Source: Corallochytrium limacisporum Hawaii (lineage: Eukaryota > Protista > Pluriformea). From it: 64,000 bases of DNA. Below are positions 1-13,998 of the stretch, piece after piece (positions within the stretch are counted from its first letter, which is position 1; every line of letters begins with the position of its first letter). Below the pieces are notes generated by a model. It was given only the letters and a program-made list of their open reading frames with translations. It ran no database searches and was not told the origin of the DNA. The DNA lies in the NCBI GenBank assembly GCA_002811645.1, contig PDIP01000056.1, forward strand, positions 62,001-126,000. The letters run 5' to 3'. Made by a program: the position numbers and the translations under genes.

Positions 1-33
1 GGACTTGTGATAAAAACGAGAAAAATAGACGGG

Positions 34-384
34 NNNNNNNNNNNNNNNNNNNNNNNNNNNNNNNNNNNNNNNNNNNNNNNNNNNNNNNNNNNNNNNNNNN
101 NNNNNNNNNNNNNNNNNNNNNNNNNNNNNNNNNNNNNNNNNNNNNNNNNNNNNNNNNNNNNNNNNNNNNNNNNNNNNNNNNNNNNNNNNNNNNNNNNNNN
201 NNNNNNNNNNNNNNNNNNNNNNNNNNNNNNNNNNNNNNNNNNNNNNNNNNNNNNNNNNNNNNNNNNNNNNNNNNNNNNNNNNNNNNNNNNNNNNNNNNNN
301 NNNNNNNNNNNNNNNNNNNNNNNNNNNNNNNNNNNNNNNNNNNNNNNNNNNNNNNNNNNNNNNNNNNNNNNNNNNNNNNNNNNN
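34..384. other. Assembly gap (N run)
   Basis: Run of N. Confidence 1.
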
Positions 385-406
385 AAGGCACACACTGGCT
401 TGTTAT

Positions 407-410
<4 letters not shown>

Positions 411-437
<27 letters not shown>

Positions 438-490
438 GTCTCTTTCTCTCTCTCTTTCTCCCTCTCGTTCGCCCTCTCTCTCGCTCTATC
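411..490. repeat. (CT)n/(GA)n microsatellite, imperfect
   Basis: tccctctctctctctctctctctctctgtctctttctctc... Confidence 0.95.
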
Positions 491-893
491 TTCCCATGTG
501 CATTGGCTACCAACCCTTCGATTCCCGTCTCTCTACGTCGTCTCTCCTCCAACGGTAAAACTCTTTCCAAAAGTCCGGGGATGCATTGAGTGACTTATTA
601 TTTGGTAAGGGGGCTGTTCACGTTCGCAAAATCGCTATGAGTTTGTGTTGTGACTTGTGTTATGGACAATGCCTGAAATGTGTGTTTGTGTTGTGACAGT
701 TTGCCAACGATCGTGTAACCGATGCAAACCCCATTGGGTAAAGCCGGGGTTCAAATGGCATGTGTGTAGTCTGATGTTGATGGTGAAGGCGGCCTTTAGA
801 CTTCAAGGCTCGGGCGTGCTATGGGCATCAAGCGGTGTTGATGTTGTAACACCAAACGATGCACGTTTGGTTAGATTAGGAAGAACACAATAT

Positions 894-1960
894 TCACTTA
901 TCCTGCTGCGGCTGCTGCGGCTGTTGGTGGTGGGCTTGCTGCTGTTGCTGGGCCTGTTGCTGCTCAGCGAGGATCTGTGCAGGGGTACGGTAACGTTCAC
1001 ATGCCTTCTTCCAGCGGCACTTAGAGCACCATAGGCTCTTGTTAGCTGTACCGTACCGTTTGCGGCACTTCTGAACCTCGCGAACCAGACCACCAAGACG
1101 AGCATCAGGCTCGCGCCCAGGGGAAGTGACTCCGTGGGAGCTTGCCAAACTGCCGGACCGGCTACGATGATGAGCCATGGAGTTACGGCTTGGAGATGAA
1201 TTTTGAGAGTATGTCACGGGTGTGCTCACAGCAGAGCCAGGGCTCGGTTGCTCCATGGCGCGCGGAGGCATCTGTGTGAGAATTGGGGGACGACCATTAC
1301 GGGGATGCATGGGACGTCCGTAGGCATCGACGTACGGCATCTCTCCATGTTGTGGATGGGGAGGCATGTGATGTTGTGCCGGGGGATGCTGAGGGTAACC
1401 ATGAGCAGGAGCAGGGTGGTACTGCGGAGGAGCCTGATGCTGGTAAGAGCCGGGATGGCCGTAGTACGCGTGTTGCGGAGGCATCGGAGGATGCTGTTGC
1501 CGCTGCTGCTGCTGTGGGTACGCCTCTGGCTGCTGCTGGGGATAAGCTTCCTGCTGCTGCACAGGGTAGGCATCTTGTTGCGGTGCCTGGTAGGCTTCTT
1601 GCTGCTGTTGCGGTGGCGGCGGAGGCATGTGGTGGTGATGATGGTGAACCTGCTGTGGCGGTTGTCGCGACTGCTGGGGAGCAGGCATCATCTCGGGATA
1701 GGTGGCCTCCGGCTGGCGGTAAGGAGCAGCGTATTGCGGAGGAGCCCGCGTCTGCTGCTGCTGCTGCTGTTGTTGTTGCTGTTGAGGCTGCTGCGGCGGC
1801 GGTGGCGGAGCCTGCTGATGCATCTGTTGCTGTGGCTGTTGTTGTGGCTGTTGATGCTGCTGCGGTTGCGGCGGCGGTTGCTGCTGCTGCTGCTGCGGTA
1901 GCTGTTGTGGCTGCTGCTGCTGCTGCGGTGGCTGTTGTGGCTGCTGCTGCTGCTGCGGTG

Positions 1961-1998
<38 letters not shown>

Positions 1999-2690
1999 GG
2001 CGGCGGTGGCTGCTGCTGCTGCTGCATAGGAGCCTGTGGAAGCTGCTGAGACTGGTGCGAGTCGACGGCTTCCTTGGGGTGGCTCTGTAAAGGGGATGCT
2101 GCCTGCTGGGGAGCATTGTTCAATTGCGGCTGTTCCTGCTGTTGCTCAATTTTGGGCTTCTTGGAGTATGTGTCCTCCTCAGTTTCAGCGGAACGCTTGT
2201 GGGAGTCGCTAGTAACACTACCTGAGCTTAGAGCTGCAGCGACAGCAGCAACACCGGCCAAAGCAGCGCTGGAATTTGACCGCGTCGAAGCGTTCTTCTC
2301 CTCCTCGACTTCTTCACAATAGAAATCGAGGTCATCCTCAGTCACATTGTGGGCCGCACGCAGATGAGCTTCGAGTTCCTCAATTCTGCTGCTCTTCATG
2401 CCGCACTCTGTGCACCGATAGTGAGTTTCCATTGCGGCCTCACTGGGATCTGTTTCCACCACACGCTGCGGAGTGGGGTCCTGGCTTACACTGTGAGTGG
2501 GAGACAGGGTGGGTTCATCATAGTTATCGTATGCGCGGGGTTGGGGACTAGTCGACCCTTGGCGCTGATCATACTCGGCGGGCTGTGCAGGTGCAGGCGC
2601 ATGCTGCACAGGATAGTACGCCTGTCCATGAGGGTAATATTTTGATGAAATCTCTTGGGGCTGAACGCTCTGCATTGCCGAAGCGATCAT
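894..2690 (-). CDS. Q/P-rich transcription factor with one C2H2 zinc finger and a C-terminal C-clamp (ZNF395/ZNF704/SLC2A4RG-like)
   Basis: 598-aa ORF. C2H2 YRCTECGMKSSRIEELEAHLRAAH. C-terminal KCRKRYGTANKSLWCSKCRWKKACERY matches the recalled family pattern KCRKVYG..RD.WCTACRWKKAC.RF. NLS-like KRSAE...KKPK. Confidence 0.85.
1750..2026 (-). repeat. CAG/CAA/CCG trinucleotide tract encoding polyQ/polyP
   Basis: Dense (CTG/TTG)n on + strand; translates as Q/P runs in the 894-2690 ORF. Confidence 0.95.
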
Positions 2691-3802
2691 TTTCTTTCCT
2701 TTCTCTGTGTGAATGCTCTGGTGTTCCTGATGGCGTCTTCGTGCCCTGTGGCTTTCAACGCCTCTCTGTCTCTCTCTCTTTTTCTATCTCTCTATGACTT
2801 CTGACGTAAAGACCGAAACTCGTTTCCACACGACTTAAACCGGATTAGTTTTGACTGAAATTACCAGACTTTAGGTTTTCGAACTGAGTGAGCGACTGAT
2901 GCACAATTGGGATCCCAATCTCCTTTATGGTTTCTGTTTCTGTTTACCTGAATTTCCTCAGGGTTTTGTCGGTGATCCTCGCTGGCTGGGCTCGCGCTCT
3001 ACACAAACCAGCATCTATGATGGGAAAGACTGATTGTCCTTTCGTGCTTCACAGTGATATGGTCTGAAGTAGCCTAAGACGATCTTATTGGGATACCAAC
3101 AATGTCCGCCTCGCACCCATCCGAACTTTTCATTCCATTCCTACATCGCCCATCGAACATCTCCAACTACTTTCTGGACAAAGTATTTTGGGGGGAAATC
3201 TTTTCTTCGATGGTTGCTGGTGCCGCACCTGCTGATATCGGTGACTCCTGTACCGGGCGGCTGGCGGTGGTTACTCGGGTCCCGGGGACATAGGATTTAT
3301 TGGAAGACTTGCGCCCCGGGGAAGAGAGGATCGCCGGACCATTGCCCAACTACCCTTTTTTTTTCTTACTCACATCCTTCACCCTCTTGTCTATCCATTT
3401 TTTGCGCACATTTCGAGGCCCGTATCTCTATCTGAGTTGAACAGAAAGAGGACAAGAGTTTCCCAAAAACTAGGGTAAAGGAAAATCGTACCCAGCAAGG
3501 GCCGCGTTGCGCTTTGCTCCCTCTGCGCGTTGGAACACACATTTGGACACGGGCGAAAAGGGACGACCCCCTCCCCCCCCCTGGGGCGGAGGAGACGGGG
3601 GGGGAAGGGGAAACGGATAAGAAGGGGGAGGTGGAGCGGAGGAGAAGTCTACGGAGAAAGGGTAGGGAACCGGGGGGGCTCTCTCATTTCCGGTTTTGCT
3701 TGGGTCTCTGTTAGTCCCTCCCCCCTCCCCTCCCCTCGTTTCATGGCAAAAACAGAAAAAGTCGACGGACCACCGTTGTCTCTTTCCCCTTCCCCCCTCC
3801 CC

Positions 3803-4030
3803 NNNNNNNNNNNNNNNNNNNNNNNNNNNNNNNNNNNNNNNNNNNNNNNNNNNNNNNNNNNNNNNNNNNNNNNNNNNNNNNNNNNNNNNNNNNNNNNNNN
3901 NNNNNNNNNNNNNNNNNNNNNNNNNNNNNNNNNNNNNNNNNNNNNNNNNNNNNNNNNNNNNNNNNNNNNNNNNNNNNNNNNNNNNNNNNNNNNNNNNNNN
4001 NNNNNNNNNNNNNNNNNNNNNNNNNNNNNN
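3803..4030. other. Assembly gap flanked by C-rich tracts
   Basis: Run of N. Confidence 1.
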
Positions 4031-7000
4031 CCCGCGGGCTCTCCGCCTCTTTCCTTGTCGTGGCCCCCCCCCTCTTTCCGAGGGTCACAAACCAAAGGAT
4101 CCCTGAGATCCCATCGTCGCGTTCAGTTTTTTTTTGTTTTCTTGGGGTGCCCTTTCCCCCTTTCCCCTGTGCGACTACGTCTTTCCTCTCTCGGACTCCC
4201 TCTCCATACTGTTTTCGCGAAGCTTTCGGATCTGTTGGGTCTCTACCTTGATTCTCACTTCCCATTCCCTTTCAGTCTCAAGTTTCGAAGAAACCAATGA
4301 ACGCGTATTAAGAGGATGAAGAGGGTACCACAAAAGCCAACATACAGTTTCCTTTAATTTCTGGAAAGTATCCCATGTAGAGTGATGCATACAACATTAT
4401 GATCGGTGGTGGTGATTTTCAAAAATTTGCAACAGACATTGGCAATTCTCCACTCTGAATCACCCTTACACACCCGCTCATAGCCTCTCTTGTTTTTGTT
4501 GTTTTGGAGGGGACACCCAATCGTCCGCTCTCAAGTCCGTAAAGTCCGATGCACAACAGTTTCTCCTTCTCGCCACTTATTTTCCCGGCTTCGATCCCCG
4601 CCTGTTTCGCAATTGTCCTTTCTGCAAGCGACGCGTGTGCGGAGCCGGGAGCGGCAGGTAGCAAGAGTCGTAGGCGTGCTTTCACCCACCCAGTAACCTA
4701 CCCACCCTTTGTATTGAATATGCCGGAGTCTGCCCCACCCTTTCCCTCCAACGGGAGCGGGGGACCGGCTCCTTATACCCCACCAAACCATCCCAAGCAC
4801 AGCCACCGATCGTCGACCTCCTCCTTTGATTGGTGGACGAGAGTAGATTGAGAGGGAGAAATAAGATAGGGGGTCACATGCTGAAGTTTTTATTGGTGGC
4901 TTACTTGTGTATCACCTAGTCCCTGGTCCTCCTCCGTCGAACGTCGGACAGAATTGTTCTTTCGAAAACCTCACACGTTACGCCCCTAATCTCCTAAAAA
5001 AAAATTTCTTGGGGGTTTGAAAGGAAATGAGAGAATTCAGTTTCAATGAAAAACAACGCTAGGTTAACTACTGTGAAAATGCGACCCCCACGCGATCTTG
5101 AAACTTTCTGCGCTGTCTCGAGCGAGAAATCTCAAGGATACCGCAGCTGCGGCCCACTCACACACACCATGGCCCACCAGTACGGCAGCAGAAAGCGTTT
5201 GTAACCGCTGGACGCATACAAAAACTATGTATTTTCCACTCTCGAAAAATATTTTTCCTCCCTTTCCGCGCGACAGCATCGACCGTCGGGTCACTTGCAT
5301 GCAGATCGGCCGGACTGTCCAAAGGGAGAATACCGCTTTCCATTTTGAGACTGTGCAATTCTCACCGCATCTGCTGGGTTTATTTTCCATCAGTTTGCGG
5401 GTCTGGCAGCAAAGACCAAGCGAAACGGGACAGGCTGGGGACCAGATGGGATCGATTGCGCAGGGTCTTCTTCCTCCAACTTAGCCATTTTCTGATTTTT
5501 ATATAGTGAAAATATGACCAAAATACAAAACTTACCTACAGTTGCGTGTGAAGTTTCCGGTTGCGGTGGGAAGGCCCAACGATGTGCTCACTACCGCATT
5601 CGAGCCGTACCGACCACTTTGGGGAGTCCCTACTCCTACTCCTTTGCAATAAATGGTTATACTTTCCTCATAATCTATGCATTTATGTGGGAGTTGTAGC
5701 TGCTATTCCATCTCAATCTGGGAGTCTTTTATATTATTCCAAAGTCTCCGCTATGCTTGAGACTTTGTACAATAATTGTTTAGTTTTTGTATACACACGT
5801 CTCTCAAAATGGTTCCCTTGGGAAAATAAATTAGTTAAGATTGTAATTGGTTGTGCTCTGGTTGTGGCGCGTGCGTCTCGGTCTTGTTGGGAAGGAGGAG
5901 AGGACAGGCAAGTTAAATGGCTTTAGAATTCCGTTCATTTTCAACCCAGGATTTCATCCTAATTTCATCTTTAGTACCCATCTAAGTTAAGTGAAATTGG
6001 AGACAACGACAGGGACACGACGGACCACGTCTCTCTTTCTTAAACTCCATTCATTTTATCTCCCATCAATTATTACCGGCCGGCATCAGCACAATTTTTG
6101 GACCTGATGCACGGCATTTCGTTCACGATAAAGCAACGTTGGGAAAAATCTACGGCAACAAAGAAGAGATGCCGCATCCTTGATCGTCGGAAAATTGGGC
6201 TGAGGCGTGCATTTGTTATGCTTTTGCTCTGACCATGCTCCTGCCATCTGTGAGTAAACCTAATGAATCCTTGAGGTAACCACCCACCCGCGCAGTGTTA
6301 TTTGTTCGACGCGGCACGCACCCACAGGCTACGCAACTCAGACCGATCACTTTTCTCCGAGACTCGAAGGAAAACCAAGGAGAATGAGCCCACAAGGAAA
6401 AAAAAATGATCACTAACGGCCGTCCATCGGGTACCCGCCCGAAACCGCTCGCCACTGCCAATTTTCATACCCATAATGCACAATGCACCCGTGCACCGTC
6501 TGGATATGAAGGAGGTTTAGGGTACAGAGCGAAAGAGAAAAATAGCAAAATATTTACAATTCTACTTGTCCCACACGATCTCTCCTACAGCCAAGCCTGG
6601 TCTGCCTTGGGGCACTTTGCACCCGGTCCGACAACAACAGTTATTTCTATTTTCCCCCCCCCGCCTTCCCCGGCGTGTTCATGCAGAGCATGAGATGATG
6701 GCAATTTTCTGTGCTGCTTTATCCTTCACGAAGAGGCGGTGTCTCCGAATTGATGTGCCGTCCATGTCAACTCCCCGGCCCCTGCGGCAGTTACGTAAAA
6801 GTGTGTGCGTGTTCCAGTGATTGATAGGGATTCGTCTTGTCTGCATATGTCTTCCAATACCTATGAATTTCTATCAATTACAAATGCAGAGTTTGTGGAT
6901 CAAAGGAACGGCAAACACATATCAAGAGCTGGAACGCAGGTAACATGGGCCCAGCATCTCTAATCTCCAGTCTCTCTCGGTGCGTGTGTCGATGTAGTAG

Positions 7001-10000
7001 GGATGATTGCCATCGGTACAATCACCATCGTAAACCAGCATCGTTGCCCATCATTATCCATCATCGCCAACGAAGCGCAGCACGCAACCTGCAGTACACC
7101 GGCCTGCCGTGCCTCTATCCTTGATGGATGGGGTGTAACTCTGGTAAGCTTTACACACTAACGCACATGTTACATGCCGTGAGCGCATGCTCTGTGTCGC
7201 AAACCGGTTCGGACACCGCATACGTATGAAGGAATTCTGCCTCGTTTTCCGTAATGCATAAGTTGGTGTTGCCGTGAGTTGGTCACATCAGTCCGGTGCC
7301 CTTTTCCAATGAAGAGGTCAACCACGACGGGCAGAGACAATCTTGTGTACCTTTCTTATGAAGAACACAGAAGATCTTTGGCTCCGTACCAATTTCCTTC
7401 CGTACCGCAATTGCTGTCGGTCTTTGCTGGAACTGGACGGTGGAATCGCAGAGTTAGAACCCAAAGATTGTATGTTTGTCTTAATCTGCTCCTTGTGTAA
7501 CAGTTACTGAGTATTGAATTGCACAGAAATCCCTCTTGCGGAGGGCTGTCACTTCTCCCCCTAACACCACTGCGACCGTTCCTGAGACAGGGATGGTCAC
7601 ACGTCTTTTGGTATAGAAATGATAAGTACAAATTCTTTCTCGGTATTGAATAAGGGGACGAAAAACACATGTCTCAGATTTACGGTTCGCCGATCGATCA
7701 AAGCCAAGCACGGATGCTCTTTGGTGGTGTCCACCGGGTGAGGCAGAGTCGGTCAGAAGAGCGCGAGCATTCATAATGGTATCCGACGTCTGAATGGAGA
7801 ATACGAAAACCCAAATGCAGAATACAAAGTTTCAGAGCCTCTCTGTGCGTGGGGCCCGATGTGCACACGAACCACACTCTAATGTTACATTCCCCATAAT
7901 TTTATTCCCGCCATAGGTGAATTTTCTCTCTCTTGGTTTCTTTTTTGTACCCGTCCATCCCAAAAAAAGAAGAGGCCCAAACTTATGCGTCACAAACGGT
8001 GAGGCAACGAAGCTACAGACAGTATGCAGACCGAACGGAAGGGAGCAAGCCGACTACAGGAGCATTTCTAATCAGGACACTAAAACCCACACTGGCGCTT
8101 TTTCTCTGTGATTCCATGGATTGCCATGGATGCAATGGATGTGATGGGAAAAGCTCAGACCTTGAGCGGAGGCATGCGAACTGTGGACCGGGAGGTGGTC
8201 GCATGCAAGAAAGATGCTGAATATTCAGTACGAGAGACGTGGACACGATATTTCGGATGTACCTCCGGTGTTCCGCTTCACGGAAACTACAAGACGAGGG
8301 GATGTCAATAAATGGCAAAACACTTTCGCGCCAGCTGTATCACTAGCGGGCATCATACCTGGTATGGTTGAGAGTCTATCTGCTGCTGGTGACAGTACCC
8401 ACAGAGGCATCACACACAGATGCATACATTTGCTCCTCTCATTTTATTCATGTTCCCGGGAAGTAACCCCCGACTCCAGTCGGCCGTAGTCAACAACATT
8501 GACGATATGGAAGAGAAACGAAGGAAGAAAGGAAGCATTCGGGATCACCGAAAGAAGGATAAAAACAATTACCGGCCGCATCCCAAGATCCGTCCAACCG
8601 CCGGCATTAATTCCCTGGGAGGTCCTCGTTCTCATTCGTCGCGTCCAAGAGGAGACCTGCATATCAACTGCCCTCGAACTTCCCGGTCTCGTTGCAGGGT
8701 GGAAACACCACTTTGTCGCGCTCGTAAAGCGTTAGCAGGACCTTGAGGCGAACTCAACAGAGAGATATCTTGACTGCACCTGCCAAAAGAATCCTCTTTT
8801 GCAACCCCATCACATTCATGTTAAGTAGTTTGCGATTACACCAGAAATTGAGGCGCGTTGTAGTCCATATGTACAACAATCAAGAGATGTGTGTTAGAGA
8901 TTAACGCCACAGCGCCCGACCACTACGACAACCCGGCACATTGTTGAGTTGTGCTTGTGTTCGGGTTTGCTGCTGCTACCACCCGGGGATATGAATTTCC
9001 TGTAGGTCAATGTATGAAAAAACTGGAGCTGGTGGATGTGAATGCGGCACACACTCTTAATGGTTACCTATTTCATGCATCAAATTGCTCTCACATTCGG
9101 TCTGTCTCTGAGGGTGGGGTGTGCTGTATCACTGTATGAGCCACCGTGGCAAAAGAATACTGAAGGGATCCGTGAGTACGTGAATAAAGCCACGGACGGA
9201 GTTTGTGGGACAAAAGTATATGTTTGCTTCAGTGTTAGCGCCGCAGTGAAAGATGTCAGTATTACTATAGTTGGAGACTAGACGACAGCAGCTTAAGCAA
9301 GGGACCATCCATCATTGATGTACAGGAGACGAGACACAGATGAGAGATTAGGGCAAATGATAACAGAACAGACACATACTACACGGAGTCCGATAAAGAA
9401 TCTCATCGCCTACCATCCGAAAGAAAATGTGCTGTGGGTTTAGATGAGGAAGTTATGGTGACAATGGACTCAGGTGGGCGAAAGTATGATATAGTACTGG
9501 AGCATGTCCATAAGGTTGCAGTCCGGAGGGTGATACGCACAACCGAAAGGCAATGATCATGGCCACACACTGGGAAATGAGGTGATCCCTTGCTTTGCTT
9601 ACCACACCACTTTGTAGCATTTTCTCAAATTCTTGTCCACGGCCCTCCCATCGTTGTTCTTGCACACTTCCCCCTATCGCCGGGCTTCTCTCCTTGGGTG
9701 GAACGATTCGCACATTCCTAACGCTGACCATTCCCACTCATGCATTCATACCCTAGTGCGAAGCCAGGACAACCCAATCGACCAAACGGTAGCGGGAAGA
9801 AAGCAACAAGACGTCTGTTTCAAATCTCAACACCTAATAGAGACAGCTCAAGTTGAAGGGTGGCACCCAACACGATTGTCCTTGACCATGAGTATCCTAG
9901 TTTGTTTATGCAAGAAAGAACTAGTTTGTCAACCCCAACGGGCGGCACACCCACTACCATGAACACGGGTGCCGCAATACCAACTCTAATACAACAAACC

Positions 10001-13000
10001 GACATCACAACACCATGAGAGAACTCGTCTACTACTGTTGTGTGTGTGTCTGTGCTCAACTGGGCGATCATGATGTGCTGCTGCTGCCTCTTTAAGGCGA
10101 CAGTTGATGTCTTTATGGATGTGCCCTGTTCATGAGATTAACAGTCCCGTTTGGTTGCCTTTTGGTAGTTGGTGGTGGTGGCCAATAATTGGTTGACTGT
10201 GGAGGTGTGTGGTGGAGAAGTTGTTCTATCGATATACTTGCGGTGCACATGTACTCGGGAAACTGCGTAGGACAGGCTGTGAGTATACCTATGTTGCGCA
10301 GACAACGAAAGTATAGGCTCACGCAGGCTGCAATGCGCAGCTCACCACACCAGACCACAACAGAGAGGCTTCTAAAGAATATGCGATACTATTCACACAG
10401 GAGCCAGCAATGAGGCGAGACGAGATTTCTACTCCGTACTGCGATCCAGTACCGTAGTTTTTCTCAATGGACACTGTAGGGACGACAATGGACATGTGAT
10501 AGGCATGCAGAGCTGGCGGCTACCAACCACACAACAGTGACAATATCTTACTGTCTGTTTTAGAGTGCTGAGCAACCGAGATGGCAGGCCAATAAGCAAA
10601 GAAAGTGAATTCAATTCCCATTCGCATCGTTGGGGCAGAACCTTTTGAAGAAGGGTACGAGCAAGGACCCGACGACGCGTACCGGAAAAAAGTAACACAA
10701 GCAGCAACTTCCTTTGTGCAAATTGACCTGTTGGTGTGAAATTTCCATATTTTTTTTAAATAAGCATTTGGATAGGAGCTTGTTGCAGTGCGTTTCAGAG
10801 CTGCTTGACTTTGCGTCGTAGTGAACAATTGCCGGGAGCCAAGGCAATTAACAGCCACCAACCAATACACAGTGTATTTGTGCAACCCAGAAAAATCTAG
10901 ATGGCCTTGTAGCACCATATTAACTGGATCGCCTGGCACGCCTCGGGGCATCAACGCCCTCTCGCACACCCATGCACACAAAAGGAAGCCAGGATAGCGC
11001 TGCACTGTCTGCGCGGCGTACTGTGCGTTTCTCGATAGCTCCCTGTTTCGAAAGAGCCAGAGAAGAAACCGGATCGAAACAAACTTGGGCCCGAATTGCA
11101 GCCTCCGAAAAATACAATGTTAGACGCGACCCACGACGCCAGTCGGTTTCAGTTTTCCGCCGAATTGCGTAAAATCTCCAAGATCATATGTGCAGTTTTT
11201 TTAAGAATTCTGCAGCAGAGTCTACACATATACTTTGTATATCACCAGACTGGTAAGTTTTTGCGCAGTACATCCATGCCATCCCTCAAATAGGCTCTTC
11301 ACGGATCGCAGCTTTGCTGCTATACTGAATATGTGCGTCTCCAAGGCACCACACCCCCCACTAGTTCTATGTTGGGTCAGTGCGTGCAAGTGAAGTCGTT
11401 TCACAGCCTCCTCCAGAATTAAACAATGGTATGCGTTCCAGTTCTGAAGTTGAATCCAAAACATGCGCTATGCTGATTCAGGAGCCGTAGCGTCAGCATC
11501 TCACGACACTGCAGGTCTGCGCATTGTAGGTGGCGGTCTCAGTGTCCAGGGACTGTGTAGCTCTCTGATCCCTACAGCAGCACCAACGCGCCCCCAAAAA
11601 CACAAACGAGGAACTCACAGGAAGTAAATGAGCAGTGCTGCTTGAGGGGCTAACGTTGGTAACGAATCAGGACTTATGTATCTTCTTCAGCCGGACGCAA
11701 TGCTGAAAGCAGGTCTGCCACGCGTTGATCCTGTAGTGCGACACTCGCCAGTTTTGACGTATTCAAGCACACATAGTCAGCCGCTGCACTGCATGAATTC
11801 GTGGCATTGTTGCGTTCTAAATTGGCCCACAGTACGCCATCTTTACGCAACTTTTCCGTCACCGACGGTGGCCACAATCCCGGGGACGAGAGAACGAAGG
11901 GAGACCGGCATACCGCAGTAGAAACGGACGAACAAAACTTTCACACAGCGGGGCTTCCTTAATCTCGTCCTTGTATCTTTGGAAGAACATACATGTGCAG
12001 CAACCGCATGCATACACAAAGTGAGGTCCGACATCATAAGTCATGCACATCAGATATCGCGGTACAGTCCGAGACCAGATGCTGTTTGGATGGGCTGTGT
12101 GATCACGTCTGCACCGGAGCCGCTGATCTTTGCCGGCTTGACTGTGCTCAGTCAGCTTTGCATTTAACTCAATCTGTCCATGTCCAAGTCACACGTCAGA
12201 CTTCATCAGCATGGACGATGGGACTTTCTGTTCAGGCATCATTATGGAGACTTCCAGACTAACTGTGCAGCGGCATGATCAACCACGAACATCTTTCGTT
12301 GCACGGCTCTCCCTCCAAGTGTGGCATCCATGTTAGGCAAGCGCATACGTAGCAAGATATCGAACGATACGATGCGGCGACGAGTGAAAGGGTGATCGTG
12401 AACGAAGACTACGTCTTTACAGACCGTGATCGTCACCTGTATGAAGGATTTATTGTGAAGTGGTGAAGAGAAGATCGAAACAAGTATTTGACCACAAATT
12501 GCTAGTGCCTGCCCCGGACTTTAAACACTACTTATAAAGGACAACACACCGAAGTTTCATAGTTTCTTTCAAAATTGTTATGACAAAGTGATAAATATTC
12601 ATCAGACCGCGTCTCCGGCAGTATAGTATCTCCCGACCGCACCGTAAATACTCTCACGGTTCTTGAAAAAGTAATGGCATTTCTCGCCTATCGTCATGTG
12701 CGGTATTTCAAGCCGGAAGGTTGCAAGAGAGATACACAACAGGGGCGGCATAAATCAAAAGCACGACATCGCCGGTAACCGCTAAACAGTCTAATCGACA
12801 CCAACTTTTGCAATAAAATATTGAGGGATCTGTCAAAAAACACACACCACCGCAGGGTCCCATTTGTATTCCAAATGAACGACTCACCAAATGTGAGTCC
12901 GTGAATACTCTCGCTTATTGGCAGACCGGCTGGGTTAGTCAATCCATTTCCCTTCAGTCGTCCGCTGCCTCTTTCCTTGCGCTAGAGTGTCAGTGGGACC

Positions 13001-13804
13001 CTGTCCCACTGTCCACAGTCGATCGGCCCAAATTCCTATTTAATTCTACTTAGTTCCATCCAGGGAAACGGACGGAGCATCTTGAACTCGGATCCTTCTG
13101 TGTAGGTTGAAGACGGGGCTACTGGGACCTTACACGCGCACGAGAGACAGGGTCTAGACTTTTTTACGTTTTAAGCAAAGGACGCTTTGCACTGAGTCCA
13201 TGAAGATCGCGGTCTGTGATAATGTTGTCAACTAAGAAAATCTGTACCGCCCGTACTCTAGCTCGCCAGCGATCTTTCTTGGTCACACTGCTGCTGGTGT
13301 GGTGGTCCGCTGCTGGGGATCTTGACACGCTTGGTCACGATGAGAAATATTGCAGCGCAGGTAGGCCAAACAAGCCAGACATATAGCGACAACAATCCGT
13401 GTGGCCACAACTTCGCGACCAACAACGTCTACAGTTGGCGCCTCGGTTGTCCAAGCCTGTTCCAGACTCCTGCCGGCGTACCACCCGGCTGTTGGCAGAC
13501 GACAAGACGGCCGGTGCTTCGTGCTTGATGCAAAAAAGAAACAAAGACGAGATTGTACAATGGCATACTTTAACTGCATCATCGTCGGCTTACAGCCGAC
13601 GGTTCCGGTTTCCTATCCAACATCGGCCCGCTTCCCCGGGGTGACGGTTGTCGTCGTGGATCGAATGACCGACCCATCGAATCTTACCCCGCCTTCACAA
13701 GTTTCACGCAAGGAACTAGGGAAAGACACTGGGGAAGTATAGCGGACCCCTTCGCCCCCACGTCGGCTGAGTGTGAACACTCTCTGCCATTCCTCCCTCC
13801 CCCC

Positions 13805-13998
13805 NNNNNNNNNNNNNNNNNNNNNNNNNNNNNNNNNNNNNNNNNNNNNNNNNNNNNNNNNNNNNNNNNNNNNNNNNNNNNNNNNNNNNNNNNNNNNNNN
13901 NNNNNNNNNNNNNNNNNNNNNNNNNNNNNNNNNNNNNNNNNNNNNNNNNNNNNNNNNNNNNNNNNNNNNNNNNNNNNNNNNNNNNNNNNNNNNNNNNN
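13805..13998. other. Assembly gap preceded by a C-rich tract
   Basis: Run of N. Confidence 1.

Noticed and set aside
7-558. ORFs spanning N runs (also 3530-4300 and 13613-14181)
   Set aside because: Open only because N codons hide stops
1203-2116. Long alternative-frame and antisense ORFs (poly-L, poly-A, poly-S)
   Set aside because: By-products of the CAG/CTG repeat in the real polyQ gene
8116-8466. THAP-like fragment (W...ICSSHF) with an upstream CHGCNGC
   Set aside because: Two in-frame stops, Cys spacing about twice that of THAP, and no transposase or terminal repeats seen
11859-12436. Protein-like minus-strand fragments (RKMFVVDHAAAQLVWKSP)
   Set aside because: No recognisable family and no consistent splice model
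12991-13011. Perfect 9-bp inverted repeat CAGTGGGAC-cct-GTCCCACTG
   Set aside because: Isolated, with no second copy or target-site duplication; plausible by chance
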